Origin: Glaucostegus cemiculus
Lineage: Eukaryota
Direction: 5' to 3'
Assembly (NCBI GenBank): GCA_976551045.1
Contig: CDPCPM010000012.1
Location: forward strand, 40,548,001 to 40,612,000
Length of the DNA: 64,000 nt
In this document: positions 11,900 to 24,473 of the stretch, one piece after another
Layout of the letters: each line of letters starts with the position of its first letter
Position numbering within the stretch: the stretch's first letter is position 1
Program-made: the position numbers and the translations under genes
Notes under the pieces: model-generated
What the model was told of the DNA's origin: nothing
The model's database searches: none
Seen by the model: the letters and a program-made list of their open reading frames with translations, nothing else

Positions 11900-13090
11900 T
11901 AGCCTGTGATAACTGCTGCTGTGTGAGACGTTATCACAGTAAACTGAAGATGAGTACATAGGGATGTGCCCAGCTGCAGAGATGTTAAACCAAGCCAGAA
12001 ATGTTGGGTGGCCAGCAGAAGGAAGTACATGTGGTAAACTGAAAGACAACAGGCAGAACAGGGGGAGTACAATCAAGGTGTCTACACTGTTACAAGTATA
12101 ATGGACAGCAACATGGAGCAGCTGAAGAACATTTCTGCACAGTGTGCACAATGAACAGGATATGAAATGTCTGTGGAGTGGATGAGATGGAGTATGCCGA
12201 GAGGGTCAGATTCAGGCTACCATCTGGACACAATATACTTGGTTTGTGAGGTCTGGCCTATGGAAGGAACACCCACTAGCTGCATCTAGATGCAAAGGCA
12301 ACCAGTGACATTTCAACTTGACTCTGCGGCAATGTATAACATCTTCCTAAAGCAAAGTAGTGTTTTTGAGGCAATGCAATCATTGCATGAGCTGTCAAAG
12401 TACAAGTGAACTATGCTAAAGCCAGCTGGGAGATGTCATCTGAAGGCAGTGTATCCAAAGAATGTGGATTTCATTGTAGTTGACCAGCCATACTTGGAAG
12501 CAGCATGATTGGAATCAGGAACTTGGAATCAACACCAGTCCTGATGCAGGGTTTCGACCTGATACGTCGACAATTCCTACCCCCTCCCCTGCCCTACAGA
12601 TGCTGCTCTACCTGCTGAGTTCTTCCAGCAGATTCTTTGTTGCTCCAGGTTCCAGCATCTGCAGTCTCTTGTATCTCCATACTTGGAAGCAGTACTGTTT
12701 TGCAAGTGAGATTGGTAAAGGCACACCATGTTAGGATCATGAAGATTGCTTCAAAAGAAGCAATCATTTCAGCACTGATTAAAGGTTTGTTCATGGAACA
12801 GAAGTGCAAAAAAGGTGCAGGTGAGCAAGTGGAGGAAGATGCTACAGCAGAGGTACTAAAGACCCGCCCCTACCAAGTTGTGGTAAGTGCAGTGAATATG
12901 AAGCCCACATCAGAACTGTAGTAGAAGACAGCAGTGCCATTATGCACACATACACCATCTAGATCATGCAGAGTCATGGCAGGAGGACATCTTGGATTGT
13001 TGGAAAAATGTAGGACCAGGTCTAACAAAACAGTTCTTCAGTCCAACAGTACATGGAGAACCTTATGCAGGCATGAAATGCAGAGACTAG
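11900..13090 (+). mobile_element. Degenerate Gypsy LTR-retrotransposon gag/protease remnant
   Basis: VTFQLDSAAMYNI at about 12305-12345 (aspartic protease D[S/T]G-like), followed by VDFIVVD and PILG-like segments; many stops. Confidence 0.5.
12504..12676 (+). mobile_element. Short Penelope-like-terminus element with hammerhead-like motif
   Basis: Perfect 16-bp TSD ccatacttggaagcag (12488-12503, 12677-12692); motif cagtc-ctgatgc-agggtttcgacct-gatac-gtc-gac at 12536-12571. Confidence 0.8.
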
Positions 13091-13319
13091 CTTGTTAGAT
13101 TGGATGTTTGGTTTTACCCTTCCTCATTACGAGAGAGAAGTGACATGTCACTTTGCACAATGCGGGTGTTTAATAATTTAAACTGAGGACTTATTTATAG
13201 GTTATCCTCTAGTACCTTACAGCCACTAAAACATACCTTTTCTTACAAATTCCAGTGTAACACAGGCACTACTGCTGGCACCTCTACCTATACAATTTTT
13301 TTCTTGATTGCAAAAATAC

Positions 13320-13556
13320 AGGCTGACATTCTAATGCAGTACTAAGAGTGCAGCACCGTTGGAAATGCTAGCTTTTGGATGTAACGTGAAGACAAGGGTT
13401 AAATCTGGACACAAGCAATAATGGCTCTGGGATCTTTTATGAAGAACCAGAGAAATTATTCGTGGTATCCTGATCAATATTTTATCTCTTGTAAAACATT
13501 GCTGATTATCTGGTTACTTTGCTTGTGGCTGAGTTTTACCTCATTACAACAGTGAC
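13320..13556 (+). mobile_element. Ancient DeuSINE (AmnSINE1/SacSINE1-like)
   Basis: ggctgacattctaatgcagtact...gaagaaccagag...gattatctggtt...cattacaacagtgac resembles the recalled Deu-domain consensus and matches the copy at 17338-17655. Confidence 0.6.
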
Positions 13557-13582
13557 GGTAGATATTATTCCATAACAACTAT

Positions 13583-13918
13583 TACAGAGTAATAGAGCAT
13601 GGAACAGGCCCTTCAGCCCATCGAGTTCATACCAAGCATTAAGCACCCATTTACATTATATTTTTTCTCCGTATGCTCCCCTCAACTCACCTCCAGATTC
13701 TACCACTCACTTGCACACTAAGGGTAATTTATTGTGGCCAATCAACCTATCAGCCCACATGTCTTTGGGATATGGGAGAAAATGGGAGCATTCTTCAGGA
13801 AGCACACATGATCGCAGGAAGAATATCCAAACTCCACACAGCAGCACCGAAGTTCAGGACTGAACCCTGATCTCTGGAACTGTGGGGCAGCAGCTCTGGT
13901 TGCACCACAGTGTTGCCC
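13583..13918 (-). mobile_element. Older V-SINE
   Basis: Reverse head, V-domain (caaactccacaca) and CR1-like tail (aacaggcccttcagccc). Confidence 0.75.
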
Positions 13919-14479
13919 AAACTGGTCTAAACTGGGCATAAGCTGAATGACTAACCAGCCATAAGTAGTTTGTTTATTTGAAAAATACTCTCAATGCCAT
14001 TACATTTTATACATGGCAGTGGGTGTTGAAGTGGATGAGTCATTTTAAGGATTCTTTTATCTACATTCTGCCTTGCATAACGACACTGCTTCCTTGATCA
14101 TTGCAATGCCGTCACTACTGATTCAGTCCATGAGATCCAATGTTGCAGAGGTATAATCACCAAAATAGTTCAGTGCATCCAATGGTGTTGCAAAATAATT
14201 CTAATAAGGGTCATTTTAGAATAATTTACAAGATAGCCAATGGAGTAGATAACATCACTGATATAAAAATTGACAGTGTGAAGAAAATAAATGGGGGCAG
14301 CTTAAACAAAGAATCAAAATTGAAGCTGCAGTCTTAAATTCAGCAAAGTATTTTCTCATTTGCTTAGAAGGCTATAATGGCAAAAGAAATCAGTGAAACT
14401 CCACAGGATCTTGAACTTAAGATATTAATGGCATACTTATTACAATACTGTAGGTGACCAATTGGCTTATGGGGTCCAT

Positions 14480-14773
14480 AGGTCTCTCAGCAAAGTAGTC
14501 CCATCAATCCCAGTCCCCTTTTTATTTCCTTGTAACTCTACAACTCATTCTCTCTCACCTCCCCTCACCCCCACCCCCTGATTCTTTTGACACTAGATGG
14601 AATTTGCAATTGCCTATCCTAGGCCGTGGGAGGAAACTGAGTATCTGGAAAAACCCATGCGGTCACAGGAAGAACACAAACTTCACACAGACAGCACTCG
14701 CAGTCAGGATTGAACCCAGGTCACTCGAATTTAGAGGCGTTCAACACCAACTACTGCACCACTATTCCACCCA
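14480..14773 (-). mobile_element. Older V-SINE
   Basis: gtgggaggaaac...acccatgcggtcacagg...gtcaggattgaacccagg. Confidence 0.65.
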
Positions 14774-14984
14774 ATAAAACAGTAGGAATTCAAGCTGAAT
14801 CTTAAGAGTGAAGTCAACATCGGGCAAATGTGAGAAGAATATTCTGTAATTGAAGTCAGAGAATCATAATTTAGCAGTCATGTAGTTATCATATTTGTGT
14901 CTGTTTGAGAGTATTGCAATTAGTTCCACCTGTCTACTTTTTCCCCAACAGTTTAGTGACTATTCCTTGCATCCAGAATCTTGT

Positions 14985-16300
14985 TTATATAGCAGAGAAA
15001 CAGCCCTTCAGCCTAACATATCCATGCTGACCATCAAGAATCCATCAATACTAATCCTAGTTACTAGCTCTTGGTGATTCAGTGCTTGTGTAGATACATT
15101 GTAAATGTTGTAAGGTTTCTGCCTCCATCATCCACTCAGGCAGTGTGTTCCAGATTCCATCCACCCTCTGGGTGAAAAATTTCTCACCCCTTACCCTAAA
15201 CCTATACCTCTAGCTTTAGACACCTCTGCTGTGGGGAAAAGTTTCCTAATTCCTACCATGTCTATGCCCTTCACTCAGAGCCCCATTCAGCTGCCTCCAC
15301 CTCAAGGAAAACAAACCCAAACTATATAGTCTCACCTCTGATCTAACATATCAATGCCTGGCAACATTTCTCCTGGTGAATCTCCTCTGCACCCGTTCCA
15401 GTGTAATCAATCCCTCATATAGTGTGGTAACCAGAATTGTACACAATAGTCCAGCTGTTGCCTACTCAATATTTTATAATGTTTTACCATAACTTCCTTG
15501 CTCTTAAGTTCTGTGCTTTGGCTAATGAAGGTAAACATCCTGTATGCTTACTTCACCACCTTATCTGTTTGTGCTGCCACTTTCGGGGCTCTCCTGACTT
15601 GCATGTCCAGGCCCCTTGATTCCACAGTACTCCCTCAGGCCCTACATTTATTGTACATGTCCTGGTTTTATTAGTCTCCCAAAGTGCATCACTTCACATT
15701 TATCAGGATTAAATTCCATCTACCATTGCTCAGCCCATCTTATCAACTGATTAATCTCATCTTTGAACCTACAACTACCTTCCTCCCAATCATGACCATT
15801 GTCAATTTTCATGTCATCTGCAAACTTACTAATCATATTTTCTACATTCATATCTAAATCATTAATGTATACAATAAATATGTACAATAAAACACAAGGG
15901 TCCCTGCACCAATCACCATGGTAGTCTGCTAGTCACAGGCTTCCAATCACAAAAACTGTTATCCTTCACCATCTGCCTCCTATTACCAAGCCAGTTTTGG
16001 ATTCCTAACCTTTTTGAACTAGCTTCCCAAGTGGGGCCTTGTCAAATGCTTTACTGAAGTCCATGTAGACAACATCAACTGTATTGTCCTTATCAATACA
16101 CTATGTTACCTCTTCAAAAAAATTGATCAAGTGGATCAGATGGGATCTCCCACTGACACTACCATGCCAACTATCTCAGATCAACCCCTGCCTTTCCAAG
16201 TATAGATTAATCCTGTCCTTCAGAATTTTTTCCAATTACTTTCTCACATTCATTTGCCAGCAATTACCTGGCTTTTCCTTGCCGCCCTTCTTGAGTAAGG
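14985..16300 (-). mobile_element. Decayed CR1 ORF2 3' half
   Basis: Reverse-strand SKFADD (gtcatctgcaaactt) and MDFSKAFDK (cttgtcaaatgctttactgaagtccat) motifs plus CR1 tail. Confidence 0.8.
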
Positions 16301-16694
16301 GTAGAAGATGTGAAACAAAACAACTACAAGTGATGCATATTTTCAAATTGTTGGGCCAGTGAAGGATAGTTGAAGGCACTTTCAATATTTAAGTTAAACT
16401 CCTGCAGGATAACAATGAGCAAGATAAATTAATGTAGTCCATACAGGTACAGCAAAGGTAATAGTGCTTTTGTCTCTAAGGTGTAGGCTTAGAATTCTGG
16501 TCTCATTCCAGTACAATATTTGGATGCTATACCTTTAGAGTTACCATCTCCATTCTTTGCTACTAACATTAAACTAAGAAGTTAGCATAGTGTGCTTGTA
16601 ATAGTTCAGTCATGGTCACATTGCAGCAAACTTCACTGGAAGCCAAGGCTTTGGATGCTGCAGATTACCTGCTGCATTTGTGATGCACAAAGGA

Positions 16695-17075
16695 AAATTG
16701 GAATTGGTTTATTATTGTCACATGTACTGAGGTACAGTGAAAAACTTGTCTTGCATTCCATTCATACAGATCAATTTGTTACAACACTGCATTGAGGTAG
16801 TACAAGGTAAAATAATAACAGAATATAGAATAAAATGTTACAGTAACAGAGAAAGTGCAGTGCAGGTAGACAATAAGATGCAAGATCATAATGAGGTAGA
16901 GTCCATCTTTTCATACTAGAGGGCCGTTTAGTAGTCTTATAACAGTGGGATAGAAGCTGTTCTTGACCCTGGTGATACATGCTTTCACACTTCTGTATCT
17001 TCTGCCTCGGTAAAGCAGCCAATATAATCAAAGGCCCCACCCGCCCTGGACATTTCCTCTTCTCCCCCTTCCCAT
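16695..17075 (-). mobile_element. Rex1/Babar 3' end
   Basis: attggaattggtttattattgtcacatgtactgaggtacagtg is the reverse of the shared Rex 3' terminus. Confidence 0.8.
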
Positions 17076-17337
17076 CGGACAGAAGAAGAAAATGAGCCAA
17101 GGATCAGGACAGTAGTACAATGAAAGTGAACAATGATACACCTCAGAATGTGATCTAATTTCCCAGGTAGCATTCTAAAGGAATGTTGCACAAGGAATGA
17201 TGCTGTGCTGTGTGCCATTCACACAGAAATCATGTCGCTGGTGCAAGAATTATTTGTGCTCAGATGTCCCCAGATGAATTTCCAGAGTGGCGCCTTTCGA
17301 CCCAGAAATGATCACAAAATAACTGACTTTTCAGTCC

Positions 17338-17655
17338 GTTGTCTTTCAGATGTTACATTAAACTGAGGCCCCATCTCAGTCTTAGAGGACTTCTGTGATT
17401 ATTATTTAAGGAAGAGCAGAGGAGATTTTTGTTGTGATTAACTGATAGGTATCCCATTGAATTATGTCAATGACTAGGTAAAATTGATTATCTAGTCATT
17501 GACATAATTCTGTTTGCAGAACTTGGCTGAGTGCAAACTGTTTGACATGTTTCCCAGCTTACAACAGTGACTAGACTTAAAAGTACTTAATTGATTGTAA
17601 AGCACTTTCAGTTGTCCAGAGCTGATGGACAGTGCTACGTAAATGCAAGCCTCTT
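17338..17655 (+). mobile_element. Ancient DeuSINE
   Basis: gtctttcagatg..taaactgaggcccc..gaagagcag..acaacagtgact..gtaaagcacttt..taaatgcaag. Further partial copies at about 9880-9990, 39765-40075 (-) and 57265-57420 (-). Confidence 0.65.
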
Positions 17656-19420
17656 ACTTTTTCCAAGCAGGAAGTGCCATACTGTACAGCATAATGCAAT
17701 TGTCAGATCACATTCTGAATCTCCATGGAATAAAAATGCGTTTCTCTGTTGAGGCATAAAGTTTTCCTCTGTCAGTTCATTACTTACTAGGTGTGTGATA
17801 TCCAGGATGTAAAATATTACTGTGAACTCAAATTGGAACAGAAATTGTACTGAATAGAAAACACCTAGCAAACTGAATTCAGCAGTGAAGCTTTTTAGAT
17901 CTGATTGGAAATCTAGCTAAAGTAATATTTTGGTAACATAATTAGTTTCAACAATATCTTTACAAAGAAACAACTGTTTAAAAAAACACTGGCTTTGTAA
18001 AATCAAGCAAAACATGTCCAGTCTCACAGCTTGATTATTGTATATCTCACATCCCACATTCTCACTTGGTATTAATCAATATTTTTCAAGATGCATTTGG
18101 ATGACATTGGTAGATAAAATATGTAACAGTAAACCCGGGTAATTTACCAGATTACAAACCACATCACTCTTAACACCCTTCCAGTCTTTTTATGAAAAGT
18201 ATGCTTGCCAAGCCTCAGATAATATGTTGAAATTGTTCCAGCTTTTTTTCCAGTAAGTTAGCAGCAGGGTGCTCTGCACCCAATTTGAGCAGCTGTAGGT
18301 AGAGGGGACTCACAGCTTCCAACTCCAAATAAAATCATCCTGTTAATAATCACCTATAAGTCATTATTATAAATCAGACTGTTTTGAGATTATTGCACTG
18401 CTTAGTCATAACTGGCTTGGTGCACAAATAAATAAGTTAACATGATAGTCACCAGTCCCAAATTTGGGAGAATAAAATCACATTCATTTACAAGAGCATT
18501 AAAATCAAAATCGCTTGCCGGGATGCTTTTTTTAAAATGGTTCTTTTGTCCTTTTTCTCTCTCCAAATGAGATCAAGCCGATCAACACTATGTGATGAAG
18601 AAGCTGCCTCTTTAATCCTGTAAAGAGACAAACATAGCTGTGGGTGGAGTTGATCCATAATGGCTCAGTCATGACTATTCTGCACACTAGCTACACAATC
18701 TCTTCATCTGCAGTTACCCCACAGAGATCTGTGCAATGGGTTTCAACTCATCTCGGCTGGATTGCATTAATACGCAAACGTAGCCAGTGAGTCGACCGTA
18801 TTGTGGGAGGGAGGACGGAATGAAGTGGAGAGGGATGCACAACAAGAAATGTTAAGCAAGGGTTGCAAATAGATGATCAATTTAGCCATTAGTGTCCTGC
18901 ACCACATCTAGAAACAATATTGGAGATTCATGCAGGCTTTCCAGTCAATTTTCCTGTCACTTAGTATATACATTCAAATTTGAAGTGGAAGGTGGTACCA
19001 CATATTGCCTGATTTATATTTTCACTATAATATTGGTCTTAATTATATATTTTCAACTGTAGAGTTAATTCAAAATGGGTTAACGGTAGTTCGACAAGGA
19101 GACAGACCTTGCAAAGGTTTTTGTGCACTGTATTAAGCTGTGAGGCAGGACTTTTGACTCTTAAGGAATCAATAGCTTGATAAGTTATGTTCAGCCTGAT
19201 AGATACAAAGAAACCAGGCTGCTTTCTGCAGATAGGAAAAGGCAGACAAACCAGCCTAATTTGCTCAGGCATGGACATCATTAGGCAGGGAAGAAAAGTG
19301 CTGATTCTACTCAGCCACAGAATATTGAATAGTGGAGTGGAATATGGCAATGCTATTTTTGGAACAGGTATATCAATACCTTGGAAGCGCAAGGTAAAGA
19401 TAACAAAAGTCCAGAAACAG

Positions 19421-21075
19421 ATGAATCAGAATCATTTTATTGTCACAACCATATATACACACACAGTATGCATAGGAGCGAGATACCGTCCTCCACAGGT
19501 GCATGTCATATTAAATAACAAGGAGAAGAGACACACTGACACACACTAAAAAAACATTAAAACCACGAAAATTAAATTAAATTCTGCAGGTTAAATAAAT
19601 AGTTTTAAAGTGAACGAACTGGTAGCGGGCATTTAAAGTGCTGGTGCATTTCTGAGCGCCTAGCACCCTTTAGTGTTAACAGGGTAGATGGAGGAATGAG
19701 AGAGTTCACAGTTCTGATGGCTTGCGGGAAGAAGTTATTGCACAGCCTCGTCGTTCTCGCCCTGATGCATTTGAGCCTCTTTCCAGATGGCAAGAGTGTG
19801 AAGAGATGATGGGATGGGTGAGAAGGATCCGACATTATATTTTTGGCCTTCCTAACACAATGGTCCTTGTATATGTCTGCAATGGAGAGAAGAGAGACAC
19901 CTATCATTTTCTCCACTGCCCTTACTATCCTCTGGAGGGACTTCCATCCAGCAGCTGAGCAGCTCCCAAACCAGACAGTGATACATTGAGTTGGGATGCT
20001 CTCGATGGTCCCTTTATAAAAAGTTTTCATTATCAAGGGATGGGAGTTCACTTTCCTCAGTCTCCGCAAGAAGTAGAGGCATTTCTGGGCTTTCTTAGCG
20101 AGGGCCGTGGTGTTAGTGGACCAGGTCAGGTCATCAGTGATGTGCACCCCCAGGAACTTGGTGCTGCCTACTTGTTCTACAGCAGACCTGTTGATGGTCA
20201 GCGGGGCGTGCACACGGCGACCCCTCCTGAAATCCACTATCATCTCCTTGGTTTTTTCCACATTCAGGGAGAGGTTGTTGTCCCTGCACCACATGGCTAG
20301 TTGCTTCACCTCCTCTCTGTAGTCCGACTCATCGTTGTCCGTGACAAGACCCACCACTGTCGTGTCATCAGCGAACTTAACAATGCGGTTGGAGCTGGAT
20401 CTGGCCATGCAGTCGTGAGTCAACAAGGTGAACAGGAGCGGTCTAAGCACACAACCCTGCGGGGAGCCAGTGCTCAGTGTGATGGTGCTCGAGATGTTTT
20501 CACCAATTTTGACCGACTGTGGCCTGCAAGTAAGAAAGTCCAGTATCCAGTTGCAGAGAGATGTGTTAAAGCCCAGTGCACTCAATTTACTGATCAACTG
20601 TTGTGGGATGATGGTATTGAATGTGGAGCTGAAATCAATGAACAGTAGTCTAATGTACGGATCCTTCTTTTCCAAGTGGTATAGCGCAGAGTGCAGGGCA
20701 GAGGAAACCGCATCATCTGTGGACCTATTTGCCCGATATGCATACTAATGAGGATCGGGGAAGGATCGATCTGATGTGCTTCCTGATTAGCCTCTCAAAG
20801 CATTTCATGACAATCGGTGTTAGAGCTATGGGACGGTAGTCATTCAGACACATTGCAGGTGACTTCTTCAGAACAAGTATGATAGTGGCAGATTTGAGGC
20901 ACTTTGGGACAACAGCCTGCTGTAGGGAGATGTTGAAGATGTCTGCAAGTACATCTTTTAGCTGGTCCGCACAGTCCCCAAGTACCCGTCCCGGTATGTT
21001 GTCCGGTCCCGCAGCCTTTCGAGGGTTGACCTGTGACAGGGCTCTCCCCACACTGATCGGGGTGAGATGAAGATG
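19421..21075 (-). mobile_element. Young 5'-truncated Rex1/Babar non-LTR retrotransposon, RT nearly intact
   Basis: ORFs 20725-21051 ([29 protein letters not shown]) and 19605-20675 ([27 protein letters not shown]); one frameshift region near 20750; tail gtgacaataaaatgattctgattcat. Confidence 0.92.
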
Positions 21076-21459
21076 AGAACATGAACAGTCCCATCAGCCC
21101 CTTGAGCCTGCATTGTAGCAGGTCTGCAGAAACTCGGGCGTGAACCATTTGAGATTAAAATTAAAGGAACCAGTTGACTACAGAGGAAACATTTGGCATT
21201 TTGTCACATCTGGTATGTTGTCAGGATCCCCCAAGGCACTTTGCAGTTAATGAGCAATAGTTATTGCTATTGTGCTGCCAAATAACAGCTATTTGTAGTG
21301 TGACCCACCCACCTACACTTACCTGCAGCCCTAAACAGCAAGTAAAATGCGGCTGGTTAATATGGTAGAAATCCAATCATGTGGTACAGCTTTTGTGTGT
21401 TTTGGTCTCCATTTGAGCTCAGTGTTTGTCCATGGTATGCAATTACACCTAGAGTACAT

Positions 21460-22075
21460 GAAACATAGACTAGCAGAGCACATGAACAGGCCCTTGGGCC
21501 AACCATGTCTATGCTGACCATGATGCTAATTTAAACTAATCCCATCTGCCTGTACCAGGTCCATATCCTCCACCCCGGCCTGTTCATGTCCCTGCCTAAA
21601 TGCCTATTAAATATTGGTTTTGTATCTTCTGCCACCACCTCCCCTGACCATGTGTTCCATGCACCTACCACTCTCTGAGGAAAAATCTTGCCTGGCCTTT
21701 AAACTCCACTCCTCTTCCCCACCCCCCCCACCCCCCACAAATCTATGCCCTCTATAATTTGGCATTTCCTCCCCAAGAAAAAGACCATCTACTCTATTTA
21801 TGCCTATCATAACTTTTCTATCAGGTCACCCTTCAACTTCTGATGCTCCAGAGAAAGCAATCCAAGTTGTCCGACCTCTCTTTATAGCTGATACTGTCTA
21901 ATCCAGGCAGCGTCCTGGAGAAACTCTTCCGCACCCGCTCCAAAGCCTTCACATCCTTTCTGTAATGTGGTGACCAGAACTGCACACAGAACCCCAAAGG
22001 TGGCCTATCCCAAGTTTTATACAGCTACAACATGACTTCCTGACTATTATAGGCAATGCCTCGACCAATGCGGCA
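21460..22075 (-). mobile_element. Decayed CR1 3' fragment
   Basis: Reverse VQFWSPHYRKDV (acatcctttctgtaatgtggtgaccagaactgcac) plus CR1 tail. Confidence 0.8.
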
Positions 22076-22234
22076 AGTATGTAGTACACCTGCTTGTACA
22101 CCTACTTGCACCCAGGTAGAACACCTTATCCCACATTGTAAGAATCAGGTGGTACTTTGCCTGTCAAGGGTGTATTTCCACTTGCATGACAGTGAAATTA
22201 ATCCACATATAATGCTACATAATTCCAACCCAGC

Positions 22235-22892
22235 CACACAGTAAAGACACTTACGTTAGACTATTGTTTATTGATTATATTTCTGCCTTCAATACTATAA
22301 TTCTAAGCAAACTCATCATCAAACTCTGACATCTGGGACTCAACACTTCCCTCTGTAACTGGATCCTTTCCCTCAATGTCAACAAAGCAAAAGAGATGGT
22401 CATTGGGTGGTGTACATGCACCTGTCTACATCAACGGTGCTGAGGTTGAGAGCTTCAAGTTCCTAGGAGTGAACATCACCAATGGCCTGTCCTGATCAAA
22501 TCATGTAGATGCCATGACTAAAAAGGCTCACCAGCACCTGTACTTCCTCAGGAAGCTAAAGAAATGTGGTCTGTCCCCTTTGACACTCACCAACTTTTAT
22601 TGATGCAGTATAGAAAGCATCCTATCTGGATGCATCACAGCTTGGTATGGCAACTGTTCTGCCCAGGACTGCAAGAAACTGCGGAGAGGTGTGAACACAG
22701 CCCAGGATGGCTGTGTAGCTGTTTCCTCTGTCGCTGTGATACTTTGTACAGCTATTGTTTTTACCTGTACTACCTCAATGCACTCTGTACTAACTCAATG
22801 TAACTGCACTATGGAATGAATTGACCTGTACAAGCTGTATGCAAGACAAGTTTTTCACTGTACCTCAGTACAAGTGACAATAGTAAACCAGT
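22235..22892 (+). mobile_element. Internally deleted Rex1/Babar copy
   Basis: KDTYVRLLFIDY..AFNTIILSKL, FKFLGVNIT and HLYFLRKLKK segments joined by deletions; shared 3' terminus caagtgacaatagtaaacc. Confidence 0.8.
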
Positions 22893-23369
22893 ACGAATAT
22901 ACATTCACCAATACAGTGCAGACTATTAACTAGAAATTGAGTCTGAAAACATAAGGAAGATCTACACCGGCACTGTTTAAGGAGATCTTTAAATGTTTAT
23001 TTTGCTGTTCTCATGGACAAGCTCTTCAGGCAAGGGTCAGATTGGAGCTTCCAGAGCCATAGATGCATTGTTTTGCATGGTGGAGAGAAGGCTGTTTATA
23101 TTTTTGCCAAAGGATGGGTTCTGGCACAACCAAGTGTTTGCCAAGAAGGGCCTGACCATTTTGTCCCTCCCACTTCAAGTCAGCAGTAGGCAGAGTGTGA
23201 CATTGAGAAGCCCGATAAAATTGATGATCCAGAATGATCTGGCTCAGTGCCAAATTCCAGTCACCTCAGCATTCCATTCTCCTCTGAAAATGAAGCAGTC
23301 AGTGCTTCAGAAACAAAGCAGTACAACGAAACCGAGATGACACCTTCCATCGTGCATGAAGCAAAATGT

Positions 23370-23516
23370 GTAACTAGCAATAGGTGGCCGTCATTGGCTA
23401 GAAATTGGCCAGCTCCTATAAAGATGAGTTAAGCTGTTGGTTCATGGAGGGTTCGTAGACCTTAGCTGAGAAGTTCAGATTGGTAGCATCGTTTTTTCAG
23501 TGCAATGCACGTAAGA
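23370..23516 (+). promoter_or_regulatory. Candidate internal promoter and non-coding first exon
   Basis: X-box-like gtaactagcaat, two ATTGG (23393, 23404), TATAAAG 23417-23423, donor cac|gtaaga at 23511. Motif evidence only. Confidence 0.3.
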
Positions 23517-24095
23517 ATGACTTGATAGTGACCGCCTTCAAGCTGTATTATATCACTCTGGAAATTCGACCGGGCATTTTCCATTGTATTTACCCTTGCA
23601 TTCCTGACAAGATATCTGCTTCAGTTACTTGCAATGCTCCATTGTCTAAGGAATGTCTTATGCTGGGAGCAACAATGTTTGAGGCAACAATGTTATTTTA
23701 AAGAAAGATGTCCCAGTCAAATCAGGTGTGACTCTTCTAAGATTTGTACTTTACCTACTCTCACTCCCAGTGTGTATTTGTTTCAGAGACATGTCTCCAC
23801 CCCGCAGACTGCACCTCCGCACCCATACCAATCCGACACCTTATCTTAGTGCACTCAAGCACAGACTGCTTCATTAACTGCAGAATTATAACAGGGACTG
23901 AAAACTGGAAATATCAGTTAACTTTCCCAATTTAGACCCTATGATGAATAGAAGGTCACAGATGAATCAGCTGATGGTGGCTGGGTGTCTACACCTTGCT
24001 AGGGAATTTCGTGAAAGGTTGCCCTAGAGATGAGGTGATTGGCTTCTAACAAGTACAGCAAATCTTCCTTTGTGCTGGATGTGACTCCAGTGGTG

Positions 24096-24309
24096 ACACA
24101 AGAGACTGAAGATGCTGGAATCTGGAGCAACACACAAAGCACTGGGGGGGCTCCATGGGTCAGGCAGCATCTGTGGAGGGAAATGGACAGTCGACATTTC
24201 GGGTTGAGACTCTTCACCTGGACTGATAAAGGGTCTCAACCCATTATGTTGACTGTCCATTTCTCCATGGATGCTGCCTGACACGCTGAGTTCCTCCAGC
24301 TTTTCTGTA
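24096..24309. mobile_element. Palindromic Penelope-like-terminus element with two opposed hammerhead-like motifs
   Basis: Inverted arms meeting at about 24225; 14-bp TSD tgactYcagtggtg (24082-24095, 24310-24323). Confidence 0.8.
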
Positions 24310-24473
24310 TGACTTCAGTGGTGTTTTCTTCCTGAGCCTCATGTACCTTTAACAGGCTCATAAAAAATTGCTACCCTGACACTGTAATTCTGAAATTGCT
24401 GGCAGCCTGGCCAAATCAACCATCGTGCTTTGAGAACAATGACCATGAGCCTTTGGAAACCAATGTAGCAAAA

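Noticed and set aside
19187-19549. 120-aa ORF with an AAG|gtaaag donor-like site
   Set aside because: No recognisable homology, runs into the Rex tail, and the frame compatible with the downstream phase-1 acceptor has a nearby stop.
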